Part shown: positions 38,054 through 49,790 of the stretch, piece after piece | How positions within the stretch are numbered: position 1 is the stretch's first letter | Layout: each line of letters begins with the position of its first letter | Assembly (NCBI RefSeq): GCF_001194135.2 | Contig: NC_068983.1 | Location: 20,722,030 to 20,786,029, forward strand | Origin: Octopus bimaculoides | Taxonomy: Eukaryota | DNA length: 64,000 bases | Direction of reading: 5' to 3' | Notes under the pieces: generated by a model | Told to the model about the DNA's origin: nothing | Databases searched by the model: none | The model's input: only the letters and a program-made list of their open reading frames with translations | Program-made: the position numbers and the translations under genes

Positions 38054-39349
38054 GCTAACACACACACACACACACATTCAGATTCTTCTCCTTATACATA
38101 CAGAAATACATATATTGATATACACTCATGCAGAATGACGAACTATCGATAACCATAACATTAAATTGTCTTAACAATATATATAAAAAAAGCAAAAACC
38201 ATGTTCATATTCCAGTGTGCACTAATTTACACAGACTCGAATTGACAAGTCTTAATAAAATACAAACATACATGCATGCGCACAGATAAAGATATCATCT
38301 GGAAAATAAAGAGGAACAAGTAAAAACATGGAAGCATATTAACAAACATATTACTCACATCCACATGTCATGACACATTCTCATACATCAGCGACACACG
38401 CTTTATACACATGTACATATACATACAAACGTAAATGTGCTAAAAAAAATTATTCAATCTACGCATGGAACAAACCAATAATGACTGATAAACGCAGTGC
38501 AAAAAAAATGTTTTAATCAATGTTCAGTGGAAGACATAAGAGAGAAATATAATACGATAAAAAAAAACTGTTAAAAGAAATTCAAATGGGTTGTGTGCTT
38601 TATCAAATTATTGATCATTATTATTTATTTGAATGTCAAAACGGATCGAAGTATGACGTAGGCAATTAACCGACTGATGGATTTGGCCATGATGATGAAG
38701 TATACGCTGTACTTGACTGATGGACTTGCGGAGGCTTCATTATTGCTGCTTTGTGTTTGTTGAACGGCCCAAAGCAAGTTTTGATGGAGTTGCCGCAACC
38801 ATTGCCACAGGAATCCCATTGAGCCATTGTCTGGATGTCATGGGCAACAAGAGCCCGCTATCGGACTACGAGATTAAGAGCAGCACCGACGTCACGAATT
38901 TTTTTCTATGATTATAGTAATTAGAATCTTCATCGAATTGTTAAAGCAGCTTCTAATATTGAAAACTCTTCAATCATTGTGACAATCGCCAAGGAATCAA
39001 CATTAACCATCAATTTGATTTTTGTCACCATCTTTGTCAATATCACTGTTGGGAGTGATTTTTACTCTTATTTCCAAAGACGTACGTATAAGCTACGAGT
39101 TCGCAATGTAAAACATCAAAAGCAATGTTTCTACAGGACAACAGAATTTACTTGTTTATTTTCATTATATTTACTGACTGTTTGCCACTATTATTGGTGT
39201 GGCAGAGATGGTAGGAGGCGGGACTAAATGCCTTGCCGTATGTAGTTTCATCCTTCTACATCTCGCCATAAAAGGCATTTATATTCTATCTTTTAGTATT
39301 TGATGAAATAAGTGTATATTGAATTATGAGATCGATGTATTTAACTATT

Positions 39350-39365
39350 TCTCTCTCTCTCTTTC

Positions 39366-39454
<89 letters not shown>

Positions 39455-39594
39455 ACCTATCTATCTCTGTAAATAATATATATATGTATGTATGAGTGTA
39501 GGTATATATATGAATGTATATATGTATGTATATATATGTATATATATGAATATATTTATCTATATATATGTATATCTATCTATATATGTATATA
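39350..39594. repeat. (CT)n-(TA)n compound microsatellite running into a gap
   Basis: Direct reading. Confidence 0.95.
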
Positions 39595-40020
39595 NNNNNN
39601 NNNNNNNNNNNNNNNNNNNNNNNNNNNNNNNNNNNNNNNNNNNNNNNNNNNNNNNNNNNNNNNNNNNNNNNNNNNNNNNNNNNNNNNNNNNNNNNNNNNN
39701 NNNNNNNNNNNNNNNNNNNNNNNNNNNNNNNNNNNNNNNNNNNNNNNNNNNNNNNNNNNNNNNNNNNNNNNNNNNNNNNNNNNNNNNNNNNNNNNNNNNN
39801 NNNNNNNNNNNNNNNNNNNNNNNNNNNNNNNNNNNNNNNNNNNNNNNNNNNNNNNNNNNNNNNNNNNNNNNNNNNNNNNNNNNNNNNNNNNNNNNNNNNN
39901 NNNNNNNNNNNNNNNNNNNNNNNNNNNNNNNNNNNNNNNNNNNNNNTATATATATATATATATACATGTATGTATTTATATATTTATTATATATATTTAT
40001 ATATATATATACGGTGAATG

Positions 40021-40498
40021 AAAAAAATGGAGAGGATGCAAAACGACATACACGAACCGGTAGAAATTCCAGTGTGTCTATATATTCCAAAGCATTCGAA
40101 AGTATTAGAAGAATACATGCACATGTAGTAACTATGTGTTACACACAACGTGTATTAATATTACAGAAAAGAGGCAACGAAGTCCCCCATTCCATCTCTA
40201 TCTCCTTAGTGTTCTGTAGGGATGAGAAGATAAAGTTTGGATGATGAGTGTGCCTTTGGGCTTCCCTATAGAACACTGAAGAGATGGAGATGACATGGAG
40301 GATTTTGTTGCCTCTTGGCAGAAACGGCCTTAAAGAACTGATCATTTGCTCTTTTCTGCAATATTAATATGTGTGTGTAACTCGTAGTTACTACATTTGT
40401 ATGTACTCTTCTAATACTTTCTAATGATTTGGAATAAATAAACACACTGGAATATCTACCGGCTGATGTATGTCGTTCTCTATCCTCTCTCTTTTCTT
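40021..40498. repeat. Long diverged fold-back (arms ~200 bp, 40-bp spacer)
   Basis: 40021-40222 aligns to the reverse complement of 40263-40498, e.g. CCGGTAGAAATTCCAGTGTGT / ACACACTGGAATATCTACCGG and GAAAGTATTAGAAGA / TCTTCTAATACTTTC. Confidence 0.85.
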
Positions 40499-40682
40499 AT
40501 TTGCCGTATAAATTAAGGGTAAACCACTTTTTACTCCCGCCCATACATGGCACCCAATTGCGAGATTACCACGCAATAACCAGCATTTCGGTATGAATAA
40601 TTGGGTACACTATCAGCAGTATATTGGATAGGTACTATCCCTTAGTTGGTTGGTTTCCCAACCTTTAACCCTCACAGAAATG

Positions 40683-40741
<59 letters not shown>

Positions 40742-42300
40742 ATATATATATATATATATGCATATTTATATTTATATGTATATTTATTTATATATATTTA
40801 TATGTTTATTTATATATATATATTTAAAAAATATGAAAATGTTACCAGTATAAACTGTGTTATGAGCATTTATAGAACACGAATCCTATGTAAGCTCAAC
40901 AAACAATCAAAGACGGAGAAGACGTTAACATTTTTCATAAAATTTTAATCCAAACATGCGATCGTTTCGAATGGCAACAGCAACGTATAAGAAACATGGA
41001 AAAAATTTAATTAATTATAATTAAATTAATTACATATTGCCGTTCTCCTCAGTGCAAATGAAAAATACATCAAAAAGAAAGTTTCAGAAGAATATTATAT
41101 TGTTACAGAAGACTATATGGAGTTAGTGACTCATAACGGATTCGGATATTCATATGATTATGAAAGATGAAATATAAGAACATTTATCCTTCTTATAACA
41201 CCTTATACTTGTAACATTTTCACAGTTTTATTTTTTTAAATCACTGTAATAAGCTAACAATATAATATGAACAATCTTTATTAGAAATCTAACCTCGCCC
41301 CTCCCCCAGGTAAAAGGATGAAACTGAACTCAACTTTTCTCACATATATATATATGTGTGTGTGTGTGTGTTTGTGTGCGTATGTATCTATTATTATTCT
41401 GACTAATCAAACTTTTTCACCGTCATCATCATTATCGTCTTCAAAAATCTTCACATTTACCCTCTTCTCATATCATCAATCTGCTTCACCAACATTCTTA
41501 TGCTCATCACTCATACGCTATTGTAATCAAATGCAACACATTAGCCAATTCCATTTAGATACTAATTTTAGTGTGATTCAGAAAAACACACCAGTATTAC
41601 ATTTGTGAAAAAGAATTGGATCCAGATTTAGTTGTGGAAATGCTGTTCAAATACCACAGCTAAATTTGCATAAACGAGATTAAGTTTCATTTCCAAATAA
41701 AATATCTTAAGTCCTGAACGGATGCTAATTTTCTATAACCTTATAAATCTTGCACTGAAAATAGCAAACATACCTGAAATGGTACACTCCTAATAACAAC
41801 TCACTTTATTTGCAACTCCTACGACCATAAAACGAATAACAACTGAATAGAAGAATGTATTAAACAGAGAAAAACCAATGCTTACGGAAGCTACACGGAC
41901 AATCATTTTCTTTCATTTTTTCCGTTATTTATTTATTTATTTATTATTATTATTCTTTTTTTTTTTTGTAATAGCGCTGTGGTATCGCGGATAATTGATT
42001 TATTTTATTTATTTCTGTTTTCTGGATCACGTTTCTAGCAATGCGTTTTGATTACTATCCTCTAAACTTGGTTAACCTTTGTAACGTAAAATGAGCATTT
42101 TATCTTTCGGAATATGAAGGACACGTTAGTAATGAGAATGTTCTATTATTTTCACTTTCTTATAGAAAATATTATGTGATGAAGTAAATTTGTAATTATT
42201 CCTGAAATGTCTTAGATCCTCTTGCTAAGGGCTAAGAGAGATCCCTACTCAGCACGGTCGCAAGTCTTGTCATAATGATAATAATAATATTAATAATAAT

Positions 42301-42859
42301 AAATGCCCGGATGCAGTACCAGGCAGTGGCTCTCATGGCTTCTGATTTTAATTGATTGGAAGTGTTATCATGTACATTGTTTTGGGTTGGTATAAAAAGA
42401 TGGCCTACAGCAAATATTCTGCTTAATACCACAGATTTGCTTGTCAGTTGTTTAACCTTAACCAGCTGAGCATGTCCCTTGGTGGCTGACAATATGTGCA
42501 TCTCTGATCACGAGCAGAAGTAGTGGGGGAGCGTCATAGCCATGTGTTGAGAGGAATTCTTTGGAGCTTGAATAATTCACCTTTGGAAACATGGGTGTTT
42601 CGTTCAACTTCCTTAGGCAACCCTTATTCAGGGACCTTTTGAGCTGGATGGGCTACGCGACCTGAAGAAAATTCTGACTGGACCCCACCTGCGAGGTCAT
42701 GCGCTGTTTATCTTGATATGAGATCACCATGTCGCGTACATATGGTTGTGATGCATGTGTCTGGTGTTCCCTTATCAGACGGGTAGTCACGATGGGTATA
42801 ATGGGCTTCGTATATTTTGTCCCAGTGTCACTTTGATGGCATGCACTGCTCTCTCACTC

Positions 42860-42860
<1 letters not shown>
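42301..42860 (-). mobile_element. ~560-bp unclassified interspersed element with (ATT)n tail
   Basis: GC-richer block bounded by (AAT)n on both sides; on minus it ends ...CTGCATCCGGGCATTT(ATT)n. I recall a similar high-copy Octopus repeat (unverified). No convincing ORF. Confidence 0.5.
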
Positions 42861-42898
<38 letters not shown>

Positions 42899-43076
42899 CC
42901 TTCTTTCTACTGAAAGCACGAGGGATTAAGTAGATTACATCGACCCCGGTGCGTAAATGGTACGTATTTAATCGACCCCGAAAGGATGAAAGCAAATTCG
43001 ACCTCGGCGGAAATTGCACTCACAACCGCTAAGCTTTTCACCTGGTGTGCTAACGATTCTACCTGCTCACCACCTT
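42861..43076 (-). mobile_element. SINE group C with (ATT)n tail
   Basis: GATTACATCGACCCC ... ATCGACCCCGAAAGGATGAAAG ... CGACCTCGGCGGAAATTG ... GCTAACGATTCT...CACCACCTT; (AAT)n 42861-42898. Confidence 0.85.
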
Positions 43077-43930
43077 AATAATAATAATAATAATAATAAT
43101 AATAGTAATGATGATGATAGTCTCTAATATAGATACAGAGCTGAAAATTTAATTAAATCGACCATGCTCAGGTATTTCATTGGTTTTCTATTTGAACGAT
43201 GCGGGAGGTCTAAAAGGCAACTATGTTGGAGAGGGGAATGTTCAGGTTCGATTGAACAAACAATCAGTCCTCGGATCCATGATATTGACTAAACCCGCTC
43301 TCAATAATGCCACTTTGAGAAGAGGAATGTGAATGCTTATGAGGATGATGATGATTATGATGATGATAGAAATTATCGCTGTGAATTCTTATTTTAGAAC
43401 AGGACATAATTTCTACAAAAGAGAATGTAGACGGAACCGAATATGTGATAAGATTGGTATCTGTCTAGCCGCCCCCTAGATTATAGAGGTATGGTAAATT
43501 TGACGCTTTATTTTTTCGCTCGCAAAACAGTCACCCCCACCCCCATAAATATAATAATTGTATATTTGTGTGTGTTACAGTACAACATAAGGAAAAAGTT
43601 TGAAAATGCTGTACTCCTATTTAGAAATAATCCTTCCTGTTCCTTCTTCAACGTGAGCTAAAAAACATTAGAAAAAAATCATTAAAATGTGATGAGCTGG
43701 AAATAAGCGCAAACCAGTTACTATAATTTGACTCCCATTTGTCTGTAAAACTTCTTTCGAGAAAACCTGTATTAATATTGATTCAGCAAATCTTCTATAT
43801 TGGAAAATATTTCAGTATCATGGCACTTTGTGGAAAACCGCGCTATTTTTTTTTTTTTTCGAGTAAAACTTTTTTATATGAGAACATAATTTTGTAGTGT
43901 TAAGTCCGTGCGAATATGTATGTATATATA

Positions 43931-44141
43931 AGGGTGTCCACAAGGTCTGGGTACATGGAGTAAATAAAATCATAACATAAACGATTAAATATAAGAAATA
44001 ATAATTTCTTAAAGTACGTGTTAATCCCCATGTGGGTACATGGAGTAAATAAAATCATAGCATAAACAATTAAATATAAGAAATAATGATTTTTTAAAGA
44101 ATGTGTTAATCCCCATGTACCCAGACTTTGTGGACACTCTG
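43931..44141. mobile_element. Tc1/mariner-type MITE with internal 85-bp tandem duplication
   Basis: TIRs AGGGTGTCCACAAGGTCTGGGTACATGG / CCATGTACCCAGACTTTGTGGACACTCTG (2 mismatches, left terminal C missing). TA on both sides within (TA)n. Units 43949-44033 and 44034-44118. Confidence 0.88.
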
Positions 44142-45792
44142 TATATATATATATATATAAAGAACTAAAGTTTGCATTACTGAAATTTATTGAACAAATT
44201 TTAGAAGTAGTTCATTTTCAAACTTTTACTGCATAGTGTATAACAGACACACACATTTGAATATATCCCCAATAATTTTCGAAATAATTTGAATTGCAAN
44301 NNNNNNNNNNNNNNNNNNNNNNNNNNNNNNNNNNNNNNNNNNNNNNNNNNNNNNNNNNNNNNNNNNNNNNNNNNNNNNNNNNNNNNNNNNNNNNNNNNNN
44401 NNNNNNNNNNNNNNNNNNNNNNNNNNNNNNNNNNNNNNNNNNNNNNNNNNNNNNNNNNNNNNNNNNNNNNNNNNNNNNNNNNNNNNNNNNNNNNNNNNNN
44501 NNNNNNNNNNNNNNNNNNNNNNNNNNNNNNNNNNNNNNNNNNNNNNNNNNNNNNNNNNNNNNNNNNNNNNNNNNNNNNNNNNNNNNNNNNNNNNNNNNNN
44601 NNNNNNNNNNNNNNNNNNNNNNNNNNNNNNNNNNNNNNNNNNNNNNNNNNNNNNNNNNNNNNNNNNNNNNNNNNNNNNNNNNNNNNNNNNNNNNNNNNNN
44701 NNNNNNNNNNNNNNNNNNNNNNNNNNNNNNNNNNNNNNNNNNNNNNNNNNNNNNNNNNNNNNNTATATATATATATATTCACAAGCATTAATACACACAC
44801 ACCAACAAACAATTCTGTTTACGTGTATGTCTGTGTGAATAGTAAGTGAGTGCAAATATACACGCATTGATGCTACTATATCATTCATTCGTTTAGCTAC
44901 TCGTTTACGAATACAACGTCTCAAAGTCGTTTCATTCTCTCCCCACTAAACGACTCACCCACTCTTTTTCTTCGTCATTGTGTGTGTATGTATGTGAGAG
45001 TATGAATATATTTATATGTGAATGATACGTATTTATACAAACATTGTCTCTATTATGTATACAATTTATATTATATATAAATATGTATTGCATATATACA
45101 AATATATTATATGCATTTCCTATGATATATATNNNNNNNNNNNNNNNNNNNNNNNNNNNNNNTATATATATATACTTATTAGATATATAAAATGTAACGC
45201 ACATTTTTTTTAAAAAGCAGCAAATACAATTGAAGTCTTTAAAAATATTCATTTAAACCTTTCTAAATACTCCAAGTGCATTTTCAACTGTTCATTTTTT
45301 TCTTAATATTTGTACATGTGTCAAGAGAAACTATTTTCATATATGCATTCCCAATTAAAAGATATTCTGGTGTATATTTAACATGCTGTTACCAAAAGCA
45401 GTAGTGGTTTTGTCCAATCAACTCCAATTTGTTAGTCATCTACTTTTTGATACAAAAATAACAACTGAATTAATGCTATTAACAGATTATTGGAACAATC
45501 ACATATTACTAATTCAGTTTATTTCAGCATAGCAACCCAGTATAAATTTATGTATAATAATAGTTACATAAAAATAAACATAATACGTAGCCATTTACAA
45601 AAACAGTCTTTCTGAAGTTTTAAGCGGCGATCAGCCGTAAGTTCACTTATTTAGATGCTATCATAAATTCCTGCTTTATGATTTACTGGGTTCCATTTCA
45701 GGTAATTGTGTGTATAAGTAATAAACCTAGACGTATTCTACATTAAAAGGTTTTTCTATGTGTTTATGTTGGAAAAAGAAAAACTACTGTAG

Positions 45793-46024
45793 TGCGAGCT
45801 GGCAGAAACGTTAGCACGCCGGGCGAAATACTTAGCAGTATTTCGTCTGCCGTTACGTTCTGAGTTCATATTCCGCCGAGGTCGACGCCTTTCATCCTTT
45901 CGGGGTCGATAAATTAAGTACTAATTACGCACTGGGGGGTCGATGTAATCGACTTAATCCCTTTGTCTGTCCTTGTTTGTCCCCTCTATGTTTAGCCCCT
46001 TGTGGGCAATAAAGAAATAAGAAA
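45793..46024 (+). mobile_element. SINE group C, subfamily with Tx1-type tail (well conserved)
   Basis: GAGCTGGCAGAAACGTTAGCACGCCGGGCGAAAT ... CTGAGTTCATATTCCGCCGAGGTCGAC ... TTTGTCTGTCCTTGTTTGTCCCCTCTATGTTTAGCCCCTTGTGGGCAATAAAGAAATAAGAA. Confidence 0.93.
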
Positions 46025-46518
46025 CAGAATGTATAAAATGGTGTAATTTCTTTTGACATTGAAATAGATGATAATGAATTAACTGACGCCGATAGTACAA
46101 AATTAATACCGTTTCGGAATCAGTGCTACAATATATGCAATAACAGCCCTAACTTGTAGGGCAAAAAAAAATTGTAAGATGCTACTGCGTTATGTAATTT
46201 CACTGCATGAGTGGCTAATGAGTAAAGCAGTAAATCCAAAGCTGTAAAGGTATTATGTATTTTAATCATTATTCTCAAATAATCTTGACCTCTTCTAGAG
46301 CGATTATTAAAATACATGAAATATGTCACAAAATAAGGACAATTATCACAATCAGAAAAAAGAATAGACCAAATGATTTGACTCTTGAGAACGCTCAAAA
46401 TAGTCTGCATCAAGACCCAGATAAATCAGCAAAAATGATTTTGTCTAATGTTATACAATATTATATTTCATGTATACATATAACATTAGATGACACAGAT
46501 GGTAAGTTATATCTAATA

Positions 46519-46783
46519 AAAAAAATTAAAATAAATGCGCCCTTTTAAAACCTAGCCAGGCTCATGGGCCCGATTTCCCGGTTTCAATAGCGTACGTGTT
46601 CTCCAGCTGTACGGGGCGCCAGTCCATCACAGCGTTACTCATTATTGCCCGCTGAGTGGACTGGAGCAACGTGAAATGAAGTGTTTTGCTCAAGAACACA
46701 ACGCGTCACCCGGTCCACAAATCGAAACCACAATCTTACGATCATGATGCTGACACCCTAACCACTAAGCCACGCGCCTCCAC
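46519..46783 (-). mobile_element. SINE group D (tRNA head, CORE-like centre), 14-bp TSD
   Basis: Head GTGGAGGCGCGTGGCTTAGTGGTTAGGG, B box GGTTTCGATT, centre TGTGTTCTTGAGCAAAACACTTCATTTCACGTTGCTCCAGTCCACTCAGC, then GATGGACTGGCG...GAAACCGGGAAAT. AGTTATATCTAATA at 46505-46518 and 46784-46797. Confidence 0.92.
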
Positions 46784-47593
46784 AGTTATATCTAATATAT
46801 ATCCATATTGTCTCTCAATTGCCACAACTGGCAGAAAGGGTCGTCTCCGTTACTTTTGCAGCTTCTTGTAGCCCAAACATTGATGCTTCTAGCGAATTTT
46901 ACAGGAAAGATATGAGCGCAAAGAGATTATATAGGACGGATATATAGTGGAGGAGAGACTGCCACAATGGGGTTCATACAAGTGTGATTAGGGACGGAGA
47001 GGTAAATGGAACTAGAGAGTCTCAGTCGAGATGGCATGAGTCCTACTCTACACAAAGTGTAGAAACAATTTTAATAACGGTAGAAAATATAGAGAAAGTA
47101 GGCCGGAGTAAGAATCTCGCGGTAGGTGACTGTTTGTATTGGCAGTGATTTCTCTTCAATGTTGATAACCTGTAGCACTATGATGTGCTGCAGTTCAACA
47201 CTGTAGGTGTAATTGAAACTAAATTAAATACGATGGACACTTGCAAACAACTGTCCACTATATTTAATTAGATTTCATTTGCACATGCAGTGTTGGCTGA
47301 AATCTAAGATGCAAACCAACAAAGCATNNNNNNNNNNNNNNNNNNNNNNNNNNNNNNNNNNNNNNNNNNNNNNNNNNNNNNNNNNNNNNNNNNNNNNNNN
47401 NNNNNNNNNNNNNNNNNNNNNNNNNNNNNNNNNNNNNNNNNNNNNNNNNNNNNNNNNNNNNNNNNNNNNNNNNNNNNNNNNNNNNNNNNNNNNNNNNNNN
47501 NNNNNNNNNNNNNNNNNNNNNNNNNNNNNNNNNNNNNNNNNNNNNNNNNNNNNNNNNNNNNNNNNNNNNNNNNTATATATATATATATATATA

Positions 47594-47832
47594 TATATTA
47601 CAGACAAAAATAAGAGGACTGACCAGCAAAAGTGGACTCCTATATGCTAGAAATAGATGCCAAATCATTTAACCACGAATAATATGTTCTCATTGAAAAT
47701 TTTTTACAGTCTGTTGTGTCGCTAAATTTTTACTGAGAACATATTTTTCGTGGTTAGATGATTCGGCATCTATTTCTAGCATATAGGAGTCCACTTTTGC
47801 TGGTCATTCCTCCTATTTTTGTATGTAATATA
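47594..47832. repeat. Near-perfect 239-bp palindrome (fold-back / MITE-like)
   Basis: 47594-47692 versus reverse complement of 47734-47832: 99 bp with 6 mismatches. Pairing extends ~10 bp further, leaving a ~21-bp spacer. Both ends terminate in TA. Confidence 0.95.
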
Positions 47833-47984
47833 ATTTTAATCTTCGGATTTTTTTAATACGCTAGACCACTGGTTTTAATTGATTAATATCAATTTCTACC
47901 CTTATTAATAAATTTATATATATTTACATATATACAATATACATTCATATACACATACACACACGCAGGTGGAAGTATGGTTGG

Positions 47985-48027
47985 ATCGATCGATAGATAG
48001 ATAAACAGATAGATAAGTGGATTGATG

Positions 48028-48064
<37 letters not shown>
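47985..48064. repeat. (GATA)n microsatellite
   Basis: Direct reading. Confidence 0.9.
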
Positions 48065-48065
<1 letters not shown>

Positions 48066-48331
48066 AAAACATTCATCTGTGTTTGTGTATGTGAATAAAA
48101 AAAAACGAAGTATCGAGGTTATTTCCTCTAGATCGATGGTTAACTGGGGCATTCGATAAATATAAATCAGTAATCTGAATATGAGACAATGCCGAAATAC
48201 GTCCTGGCTTGGAATCGATTGAATAAAACCTTTTAAATAAGTTTCTTACCTTGGCCGCAATCCAATCATTGAAACAATCAAGAGAATGAATAAATAAGCA
48301 AGAGAATAAAGGAATAAAAGAATTATATGTA

Positions 48332-48387
<56 letters not shown>

Positions 48388-48401
48388 CATATATATAGTT
48401 C

Positions 48402-48760
48402 GTGGAGACGCAATGGCCCAGTGGTTAGGGCAGCGGTCTGGCGGTCGTAGGATCGCTGTTTCGATTCCCAGACCGGGCGTTGTGAGTGTTTATTGAGCGA
48501 AAACACCTAAAGCCCCGCGAGGCGAATCCTGCTGTTGTCTTTCACCACAACTTTCAATCTTTCTTCCTTTTTCTGTTCTACTTGTATTTGAAAGGGCCAG
48601 CCTTGTCACACTCTGTGTCACGCTGAATCTCCCCGAGAACTACGTTAAGGGTACACGTGTCTGTGGAGTGCTCAGCCACTTGCACGTTAATTTCACGAGC
48701 AGGCTGTTCCGTTGATCGGATCAACTGGAATCCTCGTCGTCGTAAGCGACGGAGTGCCAA
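48402..48760 (+). mobile_element. SINE group A, full length
   Basis: GTGGAGACGCAATGGCCCAGTGGTTAGGGCAGCGG ... GTTTCGATTCCCAGACCGGGCG ... GTAAGCGACGGAGTGCCAA. Confidence 0.93.
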
Positions 48761-48771
48761 AATGGTATATA

Positions 48772-48998
48772 TTGGGTTGTCCGGAAAGTTCGTACCGATT
48801 TTTAAAGTAAAGAAAAAGGTCAATAAATACTTGGCATTACATTTTTAATCAACCACATGTGAACCATTTTGTTGCACAATGCGTCCCCATATTTCCTTTA
48901 ACTTGAAATACCCTCTTCCCAGAATTGAGGTGGTTTTATGGCAAATAAGTCGACAGGTAAGCTACTACAAATCGGCACGAACATTCCGGACAACCCAA
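48772..48998 (-). mobile_element. 227-bp mariner internal-deletion derivative (MITE)
   Basis: 30-bp TIRs TTGGGTTGTCCGGAAAGTTCGTACCGATTT / AAATCGGCACGAACATTCCGGACAACCCAA (2 mismatches), TA TSDs at 48770-48771 and 48999-49000. Minus strand encodes FAIKPPQFWEEGI / KLKEIWGRIVQQNGSHVVD*, a frameshifted mariner transposase C-terminus. Confidence 0.93.
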
Positions 48999-49421
48999 TA
49001 TATTTGTATGTTTGTGTGTATTTGGGGGGGGGGGTGCATGTGTGTGTATGTTTTGTATAATCATTCACTACAATTAGTTCATGGGAAGCGCAAATGCTAT
49101 GGTATTATTTAATGTGTATCCGGTCCATATCCTCTAGTTGTGTTTTGGAGAGTAATAGAGTCAAACTATGCTGCTTTTATATGAGATTCCAGAACATCTA
49201 GAATTTTTATGTTAGAATATTCGTGCTTTCCATATATGGTTACCTCTACTAAATAAAACTCTCGGCAGTACTCATAAAATGTGTGTGACTTGAAGCACCA
49301 AGCTATTGCAGTATCCTCTCATTCCACTATATGGAAAAGGTAGAACCTTTGATAAAAGCCCTCTCGTCGGTAATGACATAGTTCTGAACCCAAATATACC
49401 CGATAGCCTTCCAGATAGGTA

Positions 49422-49456
<35 letters not shown>

Positions 49457-49541
49457 TGTGCGCGTGTGTATGTATATGTGTGTGTGTTTGCACGCGCGCG
49501 ACTGCGTATACTTTTCTTCGGCCCAAGTATTGAACATGTTA

Positions 49542-49790
49542 GTAAAAGTAATAAAGGCAAAGTTACGTTCTCGAGTCGTGCCGATTCGTAAGGGCTGGTT
49601 TCCCGGTTTCATGGTGTATTAATTCCCTACCTTGCAGGATTATTCATTTTTGCTAGCAGAGTGGAATGGAGCAACGTGAAATGAAGTGTTTTGCCCAGGA
49701 ACACAAGGCATCGTCCGGTTCAGAAATCGAAACCACCAATCTAACGATCATGAGTCCCAACACCCTAACCACTAAGCCACGCACTTCCAC
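49542..49790 (-). mobile_element. SINE group D, diverged
   Basis: Head and CORE-like centre match 46519-46783. Possible TSD ATTGAACATGTTA (49529-49541) / ATTCAGCATGTTA (49791-49803), 11/13. Confidence 0.8.

Noticed and set aside
43469-43485. CTCF-like motif GCCGCCCCCTAGA
   Set aside because: Partial match only; expected by chance without ChIP or conservation data.
48402-48480. tRNA gene (also at other A, B, C, D heads)
   Set aside because: A/B boxes are present, but the sequence continues into a shared SINE body in several copies, some with TSDs; no clean cloverleaf.
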